The notes beneath the pieces are model-generated. The model saw nothing but the letters and a program-made list of their open reading frames with translations. It was not told the origin of the DNA and searched no databases. Positions 8,933-19,358 of a DNA stretch of 50,690 nt are shown here, piece by piece. This stretch comes from Candidatus Saccharimonadales bacterium (lineage in GTDB: Bacteria; Patescibacteriota; Saccharimonadia; Saccharimonadales; JAGPDM01), in contig JBGAVT010000005.1 in the NCBI GenBank assembly GCA_044227985.1, forward strand, positions 1 through 50,690, given 5' to 3'. How positions within the stretch are numbered: the stretch's first letter is position 1; the number at the start of each line of letters is the position of its first letter. Both the position numbers and the translations under genes were made by a program.

Positions 8933-9795
8933 TTAACGACTGATATTTTCTTACTACACTGCCGACAGTATTCCATCTCTACACAACTCTCACATCGTAA
9001 GACTCTTTTATTACATTTGGCATTCCTACAATTCATGTACGTACTTGTTGCCTTGTGGCAATAATCGCACTCGGCGATGTCTTTCGATTCGTCTGAAAAA
9101 GCGATACTCGTCCTGTCGTCGAATACATAACACTTACCATCCCAATAGCCTTTATCTGTGAACTGTTCTCCATATCGAACAATACCACCATCAAGATGGT
9201 ATACCTCATCAAAGCCTTTGTGCTTCATGTAGGCACTTAAATATTCACAGCGGACATCTCCTGTGCAATAGGTTAAAACTGGTTTATCTTTTGGCAATTT
9301 ATCAAGTTCTTTTTTTATCTCTTTAAAGCTGTTAATGTCTGGTGCGTACAAGTTTTGGGTATTAAAAACACCGATTTTACTTTCATAATTATTACGGGCA
9401 TCTAATACAGTCACATCAGGATGCTTTTCTAGATATTCATGCCATTTCGTTGGACTAAGAGCCGTGCTAGTGTCAAATACATCAAACGATTCATCGGGGT
9501 CTAATGTTACCAGTTCTTTTCGAACCTTTACACTCAGCTTTGGAAAATCATTGTGACCACCATTGCTCCACTTGTAATCTATCTCAGAAAAATCGGCCAA
9601 TGCCGTAATATTCATCTGTTCAATATAGTCTTCTAGCGCTTCAATATCACCACCAAATGTAGCATTGATTCCGTGCTCACTCACTATCACCCGACCATTC
9701 AAGCCTCGCTCAGCTGCCATGAAAGTTTGCCATCTACGCACTGCATCAGTGTCTTTAACTGGCGTAAATTTATAAAACAATATAATTTTCTGCAT
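8929..9795 (-). CDS. trhO: Rhodanese-domain tRNA uridine(34) hydroxylase (YceA/TrhO family)
   Basis: LFYKF, GINAT, DARNNYE, YCTGDVRCE, YHLDGGI, GKCYVFDDR and a Cys-rich tail. Confidence 0.88.
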   Translation of the reverse strand: MQKIILFYKFTPVKDTDAVRRWQTFMAAERGLNGRVIVSEHGINATFGGDIEALEDYIEQMNITALADFSEIDYKWSNGGHNDFPKLSVKVRKELVTLDPDESFDVFDTSTALSPTKWHEYLEKHPDVTVLDARNNYESKIGVFNTQNLYAPDINSFKEIKKELDKLPKDKPVLTYCTGDVRCEYLSAYMKHKGFDEVYHLDGGIVRYGEQFTDKGYWDGKCYVFDDRTSIAFSDESKDIAECDYCHKATSTYMNCRNAKCNKRVLRCESCVEMEYCRQCSKKISVVN

Positions 9796-9811
9796 AAATG
9801 CTATTTTAAAG

Positions 9812-11449
9812 TTATTTACCAATATTCTCAAGGTCTGCGTTGGCATCAAAAGAATCTCGTATCTGCGTAAAATTTTTCTCGAAATCATCTTTTTTATCGC
9901 TGTAACGATTGAATGATAGTACGTAGGAGTTTCCGCGCTGGTTATATATAATATAATATTCTAATATATCTGTCCGACCGTCTATTGATCCTTGGGCATT
10001 AATAAATAGAGCGGGTAAATCATCTAGTATTATTTCTTCACGTTTGATTTCTTCATAATCATCGTATGGTACGGCAGCTGCTCGTGCATAGCGTTGAAAT
10101 AAACTATTCTTAGCACTGTCAGAGTCGTTTATCTTTGGCCCGTTAAGTAGTGTTGCAACTCCAATGCTAGCTAGAGGATTCTTGTCATCAGCTTCTGGAC
10201 TATCGAAACGAGTTATACTCGAACTCTCAGTTGTGCTAGTGGTAGTCTTCCAATTATTAGGTTTATAAATAACATAATTATATTGATTGCTTACATATGG
10301 TTCGTAGTTAAATTTAAAAGAGGTACGGAAGTATATGAATCCTGAAAATGCAATCCCTATTATAGCAACTCCGAAACCAATTTTACCAAGGGTTGGGGAC
10401 TGATGTCGTAATAGAATGATTAGGAATAAACCGATCAAACCAATGCCAATACCAAGCAATGGAACAAAGTAGCCAATTCCTGATAAGAAAGCTAGGAATA
10501 CTGCAAAAACAAGAAGTAATATCTGAGAATCAGTTTTGTTAAGGGTCGTATTCGGAATATACTCCTGTTCTTTTTGTGTTACTTCTTTTTTTGCTTTTGG
10601 TGGTCTTTTTATCCTAGATTGCTTAGTGGCTCCTGCTGCTTGTGCGGCAGTAACGGGACCGTATGAAGGTTCTGGAGACTTGAGCGATGCAACCATAGGT
10701 TTGGCTGCGCTCAAAGAGAAATCAGTAGGTGTAGGCTCCGGCAACGCTTGAGCTGGAATCTGCTTTACTACTTGCTGTCGAGGATTCGTAGCTATTTCTG
10801 GTGGTGCCGTTTCCGCTGTGACTGGCTTTGGAGCTGAAGGAACCACCGTAGTTGCAACCGGCTTGAAACTTGCTGGAGGGTTGGGTTGTTGGACAGGCTG
10901 GCGTTCGACGACAGGAACAGAGACAGGTTGTTGCGGAGCGAGTGTGCGATCATGTAGATAATTAATCTCATTAGAGTTGCCTATTTGGTTGTTGTCGATA
11001 TTCTCAAATGGTGTAGGCTTCTGATTAAAATCTTGATTCTCTTCCGTAGTAGATGCTGGAGCATTGTCACCACCATGGAAAATTGGCTGGGGTATCGAAG
11101 CAGTGTGTTGAATTGGAGCTACATCATATCCTTGGCTTTTAGGTGCTGCGGTTGTGTCAACTACATCATAGCTCTGATAATTGGTTTTGTTAGCTGGCTG
11201 GAATGTTGGCTCACTATCTTTAACTGGCAAAGGTAGAGGAAGTGGCGGTGCTACAAATGTATCATCAGGTTGTTGTTTCGTGCTAGCGCCGGGTTTTCCT
11301 TGATTTGGCTCATTCATAAAGCCTGCAGATACTCTGTTTTTCATTGCACTTGGATCACGCTGAAAACTATTTAAAAAAGACGTATCACGAGGATCGTCAT
11401 GGCCATAGTCATCCTGTGTGTTGCTGCTTGAGTTATCGTCAGAATCCAT
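9812..11449 (-). CDS. Membrane protein: long Pro/Gln/Thr-rich disordered N-terminus, 2-3 TM helices, C-terminal PsbP/DcrB-like domain
   Basis: Low-complexity first ~310 aa, a hydrophobic block, then YVIYKPNNW...YVLSF...FTQIRDSF, a pattern resembling the PsbP-like fold. Confidence 0.7.
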   Translation of the reverse strand: MDSDDNSSSNTQDDYGHDDPRDTSFLNSFQRDPSAMKNRVSAGFMNEPNQGKPGASTKQQPDDTFVAPPLPLPLPVKDSEPTFQPANKTNYQSYDVVDTTAAPKSQGYDVAPIQHTASIPQPIFHGGDNAPASTTEENQDFNQKPTPFENIDNNQIGNSNEINYLHDRTLAPQQPVSVPVVERQPVQQPNPPASFKPVATTVVPSAPKPVTAETAPPEIATNPRQQVVKQIPAQALPEPTPTDFSLSAAKPMVASLKSPEPSYGPVTAAQAAGATKQSRIKRPPKAKKEVTQKEQEYIPNTTLNKTDSQILLLVFAVFLAFLSGIGYFVPLLGIGIGLIGLFLIILLRHQSPTLGKIGFGVAIIGIAFSGFIYFRTSFKFNYEPYVSNQYNYVIYKPNNWKTTTSTTESSSITRFDSPEADDKNPLASIGVATLLNGPKINDSDSAKNSLFQRYARAAAVPYDDYEEIKREEIILDDLPALFINAQGSIDGRTDILEYYIIYNQRGNSYVLSFNRYSDKKDDFEKNFTQIRDSFDANADLENIGK

Positions 11450-11527
11450 AGTCATATTGTAGTACAGCTATAAGCTATTAAGCCAGTCGACAAGCATGAC
11501 GTATGTAGCCTATAGTATTAACTACTA

Positions 11528-12217
11528 ATGAAGAATATGAAGAATATAAAAAACCTAAAGAATGATGTTGCTTTGGAAAAAGCCTATAAACAGCCATTAT
11601 TGGCACTACTTTGGTTGATTGCCCCACTTCGAAATATAATAAAAGCTGCCTATCGTTGGACGGTTGCCTGGTCTACAACAAAGTATGCTGCAGTAGCACT
11701 TGGGGTTGTCAGCTTCGCTGAATCTAGTTTCTTTCCAATCCCGCCCGATCCGCTACTGCTAGCTATGGTATTCACTAAACCAAAAAAATGGCTACATTTT
11801 GCAGCCCTAACAACGATCGCCTCAGTAATTGGCGGCATGTTTGGTTATTTTATTGGTGCAGTTTTATGGGATAGTTTCGGTGATTTTCTGCTTAGTTCAC
11901 TACATCTACGGGATAGTTTTTCAACCGTGGAGAGTCTTTACGAACAATATTCAGTGACAATTATACTCGTCGCTGCTTTCACCCCAATTCCATTTAAGGT
12001 CTTTACACTAGCTGGTGGAGTCTTCAGAGTTGCCTTTGCTCCTTTTGTTGCTGCAAGTATTGCTGGCCGTGGTGCACGTTTCTTTTTAGTTGCAGCTTTA
12101 GCTAATTTTCTCGGCAAAAAATATAAAGATAAAATCGAACGCTATGTTGATATTATCTCACTGGGCTTCTTGGCGATACTAATTATTGCCTTTATTATTT
12201 ATCGGTTACTAAAATAG
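11528..12217 (+). CDS. DedA/VTT family membrane protein (YqaA-like)
   Basis: SFAESSFFPIPPDPLL, FTPIPFKVFT and GRGARF motifs. Confidence 0.92.
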   Translation: MKNMKNIKNLKNDVALEKAYKQPLLALLWLIAPLRNIIKAAYRWTVAWSTTKYAAVALGVVSFAESSFFPIPPDPLLLAMVFTKPKKWLHFAALTTIASVIGGMFGYFIGAVLWDSFGDFLLSSLHLRDSFSTVESLYEQYSVTIILVAAFTPIPFKVFTLAGGVFRVAFAPFVAASIAGRGARFFLVAALANFLGKKYKDKIERYVDIISLGFLAILIIAFIIYRLLK

Positions 12218-12219
12218 AA

Positions 12220-15030
12220 TTATAAAACTTCTTTAAGATACATTGCTGTATATGATTTTTTCACCTTTGCCACCTGCTCTGGAGTCCCCGTAGCGATAAT
12301 TTGTCCGCCACCTTTTCCTCCCTCTGGACCAAGATCGATGAGATAATCAGCCGTTTTAATAACGTCCAGGTTGTGCTCAATCACAACAATCGTATTTCCA
12401 CCTTCGACAAGCTTGTTGAGAACTTCTAACAGACGCTTAACATCTGCGAAGTGTAGTCCTGTTGTTGGCTCATCAAGAATGTAAAGAGTTTTACCAGTGC
12501 TTCGTTTTGCTAATTCGCTAGCAAGCTTAATACGCTGAGCTTCACCACCGGATAATTGAGTAGCGGGTTGTCCTAGTTTTACATAGCCCAGCCCAACTTC
12601 CAACAAAGTCTGGAGCCTTCTATGAATAGAAGGAATATGCTCAAAAAAGTCAGTTGCCTGTTCAATGGTCAGGCTGAGTACATCAGAAATATTCTTACCT
12701 TTATAATGGATTTCAAGCGCTTCACGATTGTAGCGCGCACCATTACATTCCTCACATTGCACATAGACATCAGGCAGAAAGTGCATCTCAATCTTTATCA
12801 TTCCATCACCTGCGCAAGATTCACAACGGCCACCCTTTACATTGAAGCTGAACCGTCCAGGCTTATAGCCACGAATCTTAGATTCAGGAGTCTTAGCGAA
12901 CAACTCACGTATCGGCGTAAATAGACCAGTATAAGTTGCAGGATTCGATCGAGGGGTGCGACCAATTGCAGACTGGTCAATTACGATAACCTTATCAAGG
13001 TGCTCAATACCTTCAATCTCATCATGCTGTCCACCGACGTGGCGTGCTCTGTTAAGCTTGTTAGCTAATTCTTTAGCAAGTATGTTATTAATCAAACTCG
13101 ATTTTCCAGAACCGCTGACACCAGTTACACCAATCATGGTTCCAAGCGGAAAACTAGCATCAACATTTTGTAGATTATTTTCACGTGCTCCTTTGATGAC
13201 TAACGATTTTCCATTTCCCTTACGGCGTTTTTTGGGGGTCGCAATCGCAACCTTACCTGCTAGGTATTGGCCAGTTATACTTTTCTGATTCATTTCCACT
13301 TGTTTCGGCGTCCCTTGAGCAACAACTTCGCCACCATGCACACCAGCGCCCGGGCCAATATCGACCAGATAGTCAGCTATCCGCATGGTTTCCTCGTCAT
13401 GCTCAACTACCAAAACCGTATTACCAAGATCACGCAAACGAATAAGTGTTTTTATGAGACGATTATTATCGCGTTGATGAAGCCCTATACTTGGTTCATC
13501 GAGAACGTAGAGAACACCAGTCAGCCCAGAACCGATTTGTGTTGCCAACCGAATCCTTTGAGCTTCGCCGCCACTAAGCGTGTTAGCACTTCGTAATAAT
13601 GTGAGATATGACAATCCTACATCATTCAAAAAACCGATTCTTGAACGTACTTCTTTTAAAACTTGTTTGGCAATGTGCGCGTCACGAGGGCTTAGATTGA
13701 TTTGTTCGAAAAATTCCAAAGCATCGGATATCGATAGCTCGCAAACATCCATAATGGAATAATTGGCAATCGTCACTCCGAGCGCCTCTGGTTTTAGCCG
13801 GCGGCCCTTACAAGTGTGACATGGTTTATCAACCATATATTTATCAATCTCTGCACGCATAAATTCACTATCTGTATCACCATATCGTCGCTCAAGGTTT
13901 GGGATTACGCCTTCGTAGCTACTATTCCAACCACGCCCGTCACCCATTTGAACGAAATATGTTTCCTTGCCGGTACCATACAAAATCTTTTCTACTTGAT
14001 CGTCGGATAATTTTTCCCATGGTTGATTAATTGTGAAGCCATATTTCTCACCAACTGCCGCAACCTTTTTGATATTCCAAGAATCATCACGCATATTTGT
14101 CCAAACACGAATAGCTCCTTCAGAAATCGTTAACCGCTGGCTTGCCAATACTAAATTTGGATCAACTTCTTTGCGAAAACCAAGGCCAGAGCAAGTCGGA
14201 CAGGCACCATGTGGGCTATTAAAACTAAAGGTTCGAGGAGCTAATTCAGGAATTGCCACATTTGGATGATCAATACAGGCAAATTGTTCACTAAATAAAA
14301 ATTCTTCACTGCTATCAGCGTCAATTACCTTCAACACACCGTCTGCTAAATCAAGTGCAGCTTCTACTGATTCGCTGATTCGTTGGCGTGATTCAGGGTC
14401 GTTCAAAAGCCTATCAACAACAATCTCGATAGTATGTTTATATTTTTTATCAAGCATTGGCCACTCGTCAAGATCATATATAACACCATCAACTCGAGCA
14501 CGAGCAAACCCAGCTTTTTTAAACTCTGCTGGTATGTGTTGATATTCTCCTTTTTTATCAACTACAACCGGAGCCAATACAAGTAGTTTTTTCGCACCTG
14601 GTAAATTTAAAATGGCATCTACGATTTGAGCAGATGTTTGTCGAGAAACAACATTACCACATATTGGACAATGTGGAACTCCGATACGAGCAAACAGAAG
14701 CCGAAGGTAATCATATATTTCAGTAACAGTAGCCACAGTTGAACGAGGATTTCGACTAGTTGATTTCTGATCGATACTAATCGCCGGGCTTAGACCATCG
14801 ATCTGATCCACGTCTGGTTTTTCCATTAGTCCAAGAAACTGCCTTGCATAGCTAGACAGACTTTCGACGTAGCGCCGTTGTCCTTCGGCGTAAATTGTAT
14901 CAAATGCTAAGCTCGACTTGCCTGAACCACTTAAGCCAGTGATTACAACCAGCTTATTGCGCGGTATAGAAATATCAATATTCTTTAGGTTATGCTCTCT
15001 TGCACCACGAACGACGATTTCCTCTTGCAT
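12220..15030 (-). CDS. uvrA: Excinuclease ABC subunit A
   Basis: Two ABC ATPase sites ([18 protein letters not shown]), two LSGGEAQRI signatures, zinc fingers. Confidence 0.99.
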   Translation of the reverse strand: MQEEIVVRGAREHNLKNIDISIPRNKLVVITGLSGSGKSSLAFDTIYAEGQRRYVESLSSYARQFLGLMEKPDVDQIDGLSPAISIDQKSTSRNPRSTVATVTEIYDYLRLLFARIGVPHCPICGNVVSRQTSAQIVDAILNLPGAKKLLVLAPVVVDKKGEYQHIPAEFKKAGFARARVDGVIYDLDEWPMLDKKYKHTIEIVVDRLLNDPESRQRISESVEAALDLADGVLKVIDADSSEEFLFSEQFACIDHPNVAIPELAPRTFSFNSPHGACPTCSGLGFRKEVDPNLVLASQRLTISEGAIRVWTNMRDDSWNIKKVAAVGEKYGFTINQPWEKLSDDQVEKILYGTGKETYFVQMGDGRGWNSSYEGVIPNLERRYGDTDSEFMRAEIDKYMVDKPCHTCKGRRLKPEALGVTIANYSIMDVCELSISDALEFFEQINLSPRDAHIAKQVLKEVRSRIGFLNDVGLSYLTLLRSANTLSGGEAQRIRLATQIGSGLTGVLYVLDEPSIGLHQRDNNRLIKTLIRLRDLGNTVLVVEHDEETMRIADYLVDIGPGAGVHGGEVVAQGTPKQVEMNQKSITGQYLAGKVAIATPKKRRKGNGKSLVIKGARENNLQNVDASFPLGTMIGVTGVSGSGKSSLINNILAKELANKLNRARHVGGQHDEIEGIEHLDKVIVIDQSAIGRTPRSNPATYTGLFTPIRELFAKTPESKIRGYKPGRFSFNVKGGRCESCAGDGMIKIEMHFLPDVYVQCEECNGARYNREALEIHYKGKNISDVLSLTIEQATDFFEHIPSIHRRLQTLLEVGLGYVKLGQPATQLSGGEAQRIKLASELAKRSTGKTLYILDEPTTGLHFADVKRLLEVLNKLVEGGNTIVVIEHNLDVIKTADYLIDLGPEGGKGGGQIIATGTPEQVAKVKKSYTAMYLKEVL

Positions 15031-15131
15031 AACTGCGCATTATAGCAGTTTTTTAAGCATATTAGAAGACTATTGGCATAAAATAAACTAGATAAGTATA
15101 CTCAAATAATAGATATCTAAAAAGGAAATAT

Positions 15132-15812
15132 ATGAAAAAAACTAACGGAAATAAATCAGAAATAAATATAGAGTGTAAACATCGTAAGTTCCACGTAGCG
15201 GTAATCATTCTCATCATTTCCATGGCTATATTGTTCGGATCTTGGCTGTATTATTTAACCTTAAATCTGCAACTTAACAGTATGAGCGATTTTTCACAGA
15301 TAATGACAGATGCGAGGTCAACTGCTCATAATATTTTCATTTCTGAACCAAAAATTATTGATGAAGAATTGAAGGAAATTCGGCTGCCAAAGGTTAGCGC
15401 ATCAATCCCACTAAACGAAAAAACGATAAACTTTTTGATGAAGTCTCAGGTATATCAACTTGATGGAACAAAGTCGGGAACAAAAGAAGTTCAAATAACA
15501 ACTGAGAATATATTTTCCTCCGCTTATGAGCTAAAGAACATAAATGACAATGCTGCTTTCAGATTATTCGAAAATAATAGACATCCTCTACCTGTGCCAG
15601 GTAAAACACAGTGCGCTGCAATCAGTATCTATGTCGGAGAGACAGAAAAAACTATTTTCAGTGGGAGTCCTCAGAAAATAGAACTCAGCAACGGCGGTAC
15701 TATCACTATCGATACACCCACAAAAGAATGCAAAAAATTTTATAAAGCCAAGGGTCTCAATCTAGATATTGCAGAAATTTTGCAGCAAGCTAAAAGTATT
15801 AAAACCTACTAA
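15132..15812 (+). CDS. Hypothetical single-pass membrane protein
   Basis: 226-aa ORF filling the gap, AAAGGA SD upstream, N-terminal TM helix. Confidence 0.75.
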   Translation: MKKTNGNKSEINIECKHRKFHVAVIILIISMAILFGSWLYYLTLNLQLNSMSDFSQIMTDARSTAHNIFISEPKIIDEELKEIRLPKVSASIPLNEKTINFLMKSQVYQLDGTKSGTKEVQITTENIFSSAYELKNINDNAAFRLFENNRHPLPVPGKTQCAAISIYVGETEKTIFSGSPQKIELSNGGTITIDTPTKECKKFYKAKGLNLDIAEILQQAKSIKTY

Positions 15813-15836
15813 TCTTCACTCTGGTATAATAAACTT

Positions 15837-16673
15837 ATGACAAAAATTGCAATTCAAGGCCAAGCCGGCTCATTCCATGACGCAGCACGATTAAAACTTT
15901 TTCCAAACAGTCAACTTGTCGAAGCTGATAGCTTTTATGAAGTTTTTGAAAAAGTTCTCAACGATGAGGTCGATGGTGGCGTAGTCGCAATTGAGAACTC
16001 AATCTATGGATCAATTAACGAGGTCTACGATTTGTTAATCAACAATGGCGATATCTGGATCACAGGTGAAGCTTACATCCACGTTAAACTTTCTCTTTTA
16101 GCAAACAAAGGGACCAAGATAGAAGATGTTAATATCGTTCGCTCTCATTCAATTGCATTAGCTGAGTCTAAGGAATTCCTTCGTAGTAACTTACCTAATT
16201 GCAGAACAGTAGCCACTACCGACACTGCAGTTGCAGCAGAACAACTCTCTAATAAGCCCAACGGATCGGAGGCTGTTGTTGCTTCGGTTGAACTAGCAAA
16301 ACGATACAACCTTGAGGTACTTCAGGAGAATATAGAGCATGTCAGCGAAAACTACACGCGCTTTATTAGTATTGGTAAACAAAAAGATACAGCAAAAAAT
16401 CCAAATAAAACATCCATTGCTATGTCACTCCCTGAACGACCTGGTTCGTTATATGAAGCTCTCGGACTATTTGCCCAACGCGATATAAATCTAAGTAAAC
16501 TAACCTCTCGTCCTATTCCAGAAAAAGCTTGGCAATATGTTTTCTATATCGACTTCGAAGCATCACTTTCAAACGCGCTCGGAGTGCTAGACGACTTAGC
16601 AGTTCGTGGCAGCAGCATAACAGTTCTTGGCAGTTATAACTCAACTAAACAAAACCCATCAATTGATGAATAG
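15837..16673 (+). CDS. pheA: Prephenate dehydratase (PDT + ACT domains)
   Basis: IENSIYGSI, NYTRF, PGSLYEAL and INLSKLTSRP motifs. Confidence 0.93.
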   Translation: MTKIAIQGQAGSFHDAARLKLFPNSQLVEADSFYEVFEKVLNDEVDGGVVAIENSIYGSINEVYDLLINNGDIWITGEAYIHVKLSLLANKGTKIEDVNIVRSHSIALAESKEFLRSNLPNCRTVATTDTAVAAEQLSNKPNGSEAVVASVELAKRYNLEVLQENIEHVSENYTRFISIGKQKDTAKNPNKTSIAMSLPERPGSLYEALGLFAQRDINLSKLTSRPIPEKAWQYVFYIDFEASLSNALGVLDDLAVRGSSITVLGSYNSTKQNPSIDE

Positions 16674-16899
16674 TTCCCACAAGAAAAAAATCAACAGATC
16701 ACTGACTCTCATATTGGGATGGATGCTTATTGTCGGCGGCGGAGTGCTAGGTTTAATACCCTTTCTACAGGGTTGGGTGTTAGGTTTAGCTGGTGCAATT
16801 ATATTAATAAAGACATACGGTCATGAACACCATTACGTTAAAAAAATAATCAATATAATGCCGAAAGAAATTCAAAAACAACTATTGAAAAAAATTTGA
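16666..16899 (+). CDS. Small two-TM membrane protein
   Basis: ATG overlaps the pheA end; hydrophobic hairpin GLIPFLQGW. Confidence 0.65.
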   Translation: MNSSHKKKINRSLTLILGWMLIVGGGVLGLIPFLQGWVLGLAGAIILIKTYGHEHHYVKKIINIMPKEIQKQLLKKI

Positions 16900-16913
16900 A
16901 TTAATTCAATCAA

Positions 16914-17885
16914 TTAATTAACGCTCCTGAAAAATTCTAGCATGGTGACTGAACCATTACTTATATGGTTAGAAAAGCTAGTATAGCGTGCGCCCGGCCA
17001 TCGATGTGGTAAGTCACTATAGCTAATTCTTTTGATTGTTTTGCCTTCAGCGCATTTCCAGAACTTAACTGATGTACTACCTTGAACTGACTCATTAGAC
17101 TCTTCTACTGGTTTAGCACTCAAGCATTGATCTGCACTCAACCATAGCTTAACCTCATCATCGAATGAGCGCCATACAAACTCACCATCATTATTTTTTG
17201 ATCCTCCATTAAACGGTATGGTTGAATCTTTCTCACCGTGGACTAATAGCATCGAAACTGGATGAGTAGGCTGACCGATTTTTCCTTTTTCATTTTCAAT
17301 TGCACCACTGAATGCGGCTCCAGCAGCGAACGTGTCAGGATGTTCCATCATTAATTTCTGCGTCATCATAGCTCCATTTGAAAATCCAGTAATAAAACGA
17401 TTTTCGGCAGCTATTCCATGGTCATCAGCGATCTTTTTACTCAGGCTATCAATGAATCCACTATCATCGGCACCTTCGACCCAGCCACCTCCGCAACAAA
17501 TAGCTACATTCCAGCCTTTTGGGCCCATCTTTTTAGCACGTAGACCTTCTGGGACCAGTACAATAATATTCTCTTTTTTCGCTAGATTTATCATACCGGT
17601 GTAATAAGAGATGAGTCGACCAGCGTCCGAATAACCGTGCAGCAAAACTACCATTTCAGTAGGCTTCTGTTTGTTGTCTGGAATAAAAACCCGATATTCT
17701 CGGTTGAACTCTCCATATTTCATGCGTGATGGCGACGATAAATAAAATGCTCGTTCGGTCGAAGTTAAAAAACCAAATACGGCGAATAGCACGATGCTAA
17801 AAACAATAACGATAATGAGTATTAACATTCGTTTTAGTGTAGCAAAAATCCGGGCATGATTAGAATTATTTTTTATCGATTTCAT
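16914..17885 (-). CDS. PHB depolymerase / LpqC-family esterase, membrane-anchored
   Basis: VLLHG, WNVAICCG, TGFSNGAMM, HGEKD and HRWPG motifs; start uncertain. Confidence 0.85.
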   Translation of the reverse strand: MKSIKNNSNHARIFATLKRMLILIIVIVFSIVLFAVFGFLTSTERAFYLSSPSRMKYGEFNREYRVFIPDNKQKPTEMVVLLHGYSDAGRLISYYTGMINLAKKENIIVLVPEGLRAKKMGPKGWNVAICCGGGWVEGADDSGFIDSLSKKIADDHGIAAENRFITGFSNGAMMTQKLMMEHPDTFAAGAAFSGAIENEKGKIGQPTHPVSMLLVHGEKDSTIPFNGGSKNNDGEFVWRSFDDEVKLWLSADQCLSAKPVEESNESVQGSTSVKFWKCAEGKTIKRISYSDLPHRWPGARYTSFSNHISNGSVTMLEFFRSVN

Positions 17886-19041
17886 CCGGCAGAAAACCTT
17901 TCTCGGGTACAAAGCCAGCTTGCCATTGATAATCTTTTCCATAACCATTTGTACTCATCAGCTTCGTAGCCGCATTTCTCAGATGTAATGGGACTTCAGC
18001 ATCTGGGTAGTTTGAAGCCATCTGTTTTGATTCTTGCAGTTGTTCAGCAATATTGCGTGATTTTCCTGCCTGGCACATTGCCACAGTCGCGTGAGTTAAT
18101 GCATACTCAGCTTCAGGTAGACCAATTACCTCGATGGCATCCCGCGAAGCCATCGCAAGTGTCAGCGCATGGGGACTAGCCATACCAATGTCCTCGCTAG
18201 CAAAAATTATAATCCGACGAGCGATAAACATCGGATCCTCGCCAGCCTGCAGCATACGTTGCAAATAGTAGCATGCTGCAGTTTCGTCACACCCTCGCAT
18301 GCTTTTTATATATGCGCTGATAATGTCATAATGCATATCGGATTTCTTATCATAACGTGGGCTTATTTTCGGTAATAAGTCACGAACATTTTCTTCGGAT
18401 ATGCGATTGTTAGATAATTTAGCGACAGCTTCAAGATTATTCAGAGCCGTTCGAGCATCTCCTGATGCTGTTTCTGCCAGTAGTTTTAAAGCAGTAGAAT
18501 CAATCTTTCTATTGATATATCCTGTGGCACGCCTTAATAACTCTTGAATCGATGCTGAACTGAGTTGTTCTAAGCGAACAACCTGAACACGGCTTAAAAG
18601 TGCATTATTTACTTCAAAACTCGGATTTTCTGTGGTCGCACCAATCAATACAATCAAACCAGTCTCTACATGGGGTAAAAAAGCATCTTGCTGTGATTTA
18701 CTGAAACGATGAATTTCATCAACGAATAGTAACGTTCTCTGCCGTAATCTTTGGTTATCTTCAGCGCGTGTAATTACTTCTCTTACTCTCGCAAGGTTGC
18801 TACTTACGGCAGAGATTTCGATAAAATCTGCCTCCCAAGCTTTACCCAAAATTCGAGCCAGAGTGGTTTTACCAGTACCTGGAGGACCCCAGAAAATAAG
18901 ACTAGTAGGTATATTATTAGCTATAATTTTCTGAAGCAGTTTTCCTGAGCTTAAAACAGTATCTTGCCCAACAACATGCTCAATGTCGGTCGGTCTCATC
19001 AACTCAGCAAGCGGCTGAAAACTATTTTGAGCATCGTTCAT
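17866..19041 (-). CDS. rarA: Replication-associated recombination protein A (AAA+)
   Basis: [37 protein letters not shown] and VPLHLRNA; start MNDAQ. Confidence 0.96.
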   Translation of the reverse strand: MNDAQNSFQPLAELMRPTDIEHVVGQDTVLSSGKLLQKIIANNIPTSLIFWGPPGTGKTTLARILGKAWEADFIEISAVSSNLARVREVITRAEDNQRLRQRTLLFVDEIHRFSKSQQDAFLPHVETGLIVLIGATTENPSFEVNNALLSRVQVVRLEQLSSASIQELLRRATGYINRKIDSTALKLLAETASGDARTALNNLEAVAKLSNNRISEENVRDLLPKISPRYDKKSDMHYDIISAYIKSMRGCDETAACYYLQRMLQAGEDPMFIARRIIIFASEDIGMASPHALTLAMASRDAIEVIGLPEAEYALTHATVAMCQAGKSRNIAEQLQESKQMASNYPDAEVPLHLRNAATKLMSTNGYGKDYQWQAGFVPEKGFLPDEIDKK

Positions 19042-19043
19042 AG

Positions 19044-19358
19044 TTAACGACTGTCTTGCAAGCTGAGTAAGACGATGATAAGGGTAGTAATACAGCCAAC
19101 GGTAAATAATACCGCAGACAAGATTGGAGAATAACGAATTAGGCCAATGCCTGCTATTAAATATAGCCCACATATTGTCTGGATCGTACCTACAATGCTG
19201 AATTGAAATAACTTAGTTAGTAGTAAATAAATAAAAAAACTAGTACCGATAATTAATACTGGCACTAAAAATGGAGTAGTTAAATAATGCTCAAGATTAC
19301 TAGTATCATCACTATGAAAGCTCTGATCATGTGCAAAATGAAAAAGAACCATACTCAT
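19044..19358 (-). CDS. Small 3-TM membrane protein
   Basis: ATGA overlap with the upstream stop; His-containing N-terminus followed by three hydrophobic segments. Confidence 0.65.
   Translation of the reverse strand: MSMVLFHFAHDQSFHSDDTSNLEHYLTTPFLVPVLIIGTSFFIYLLLTKLFQFSIVGTIQTICGLYLIAGIGLIRYSPILSAVLFTVGCITTLIIVLLSLQDSR

Noticed and set aside
11528-11563. 9-nt tandem repeat ATGAAGAAT at the DedA start
   Set aside because: Only two exact copies plus degenerate ones; it just makes the start codon ambiguous.
12622-14269. Several plus-strand ORFs inside uvrA (similar ones inside alaS, the FtsA-like gene, obgE and metG)
   Set aside because: Antisense shadow frames of conserved genes.
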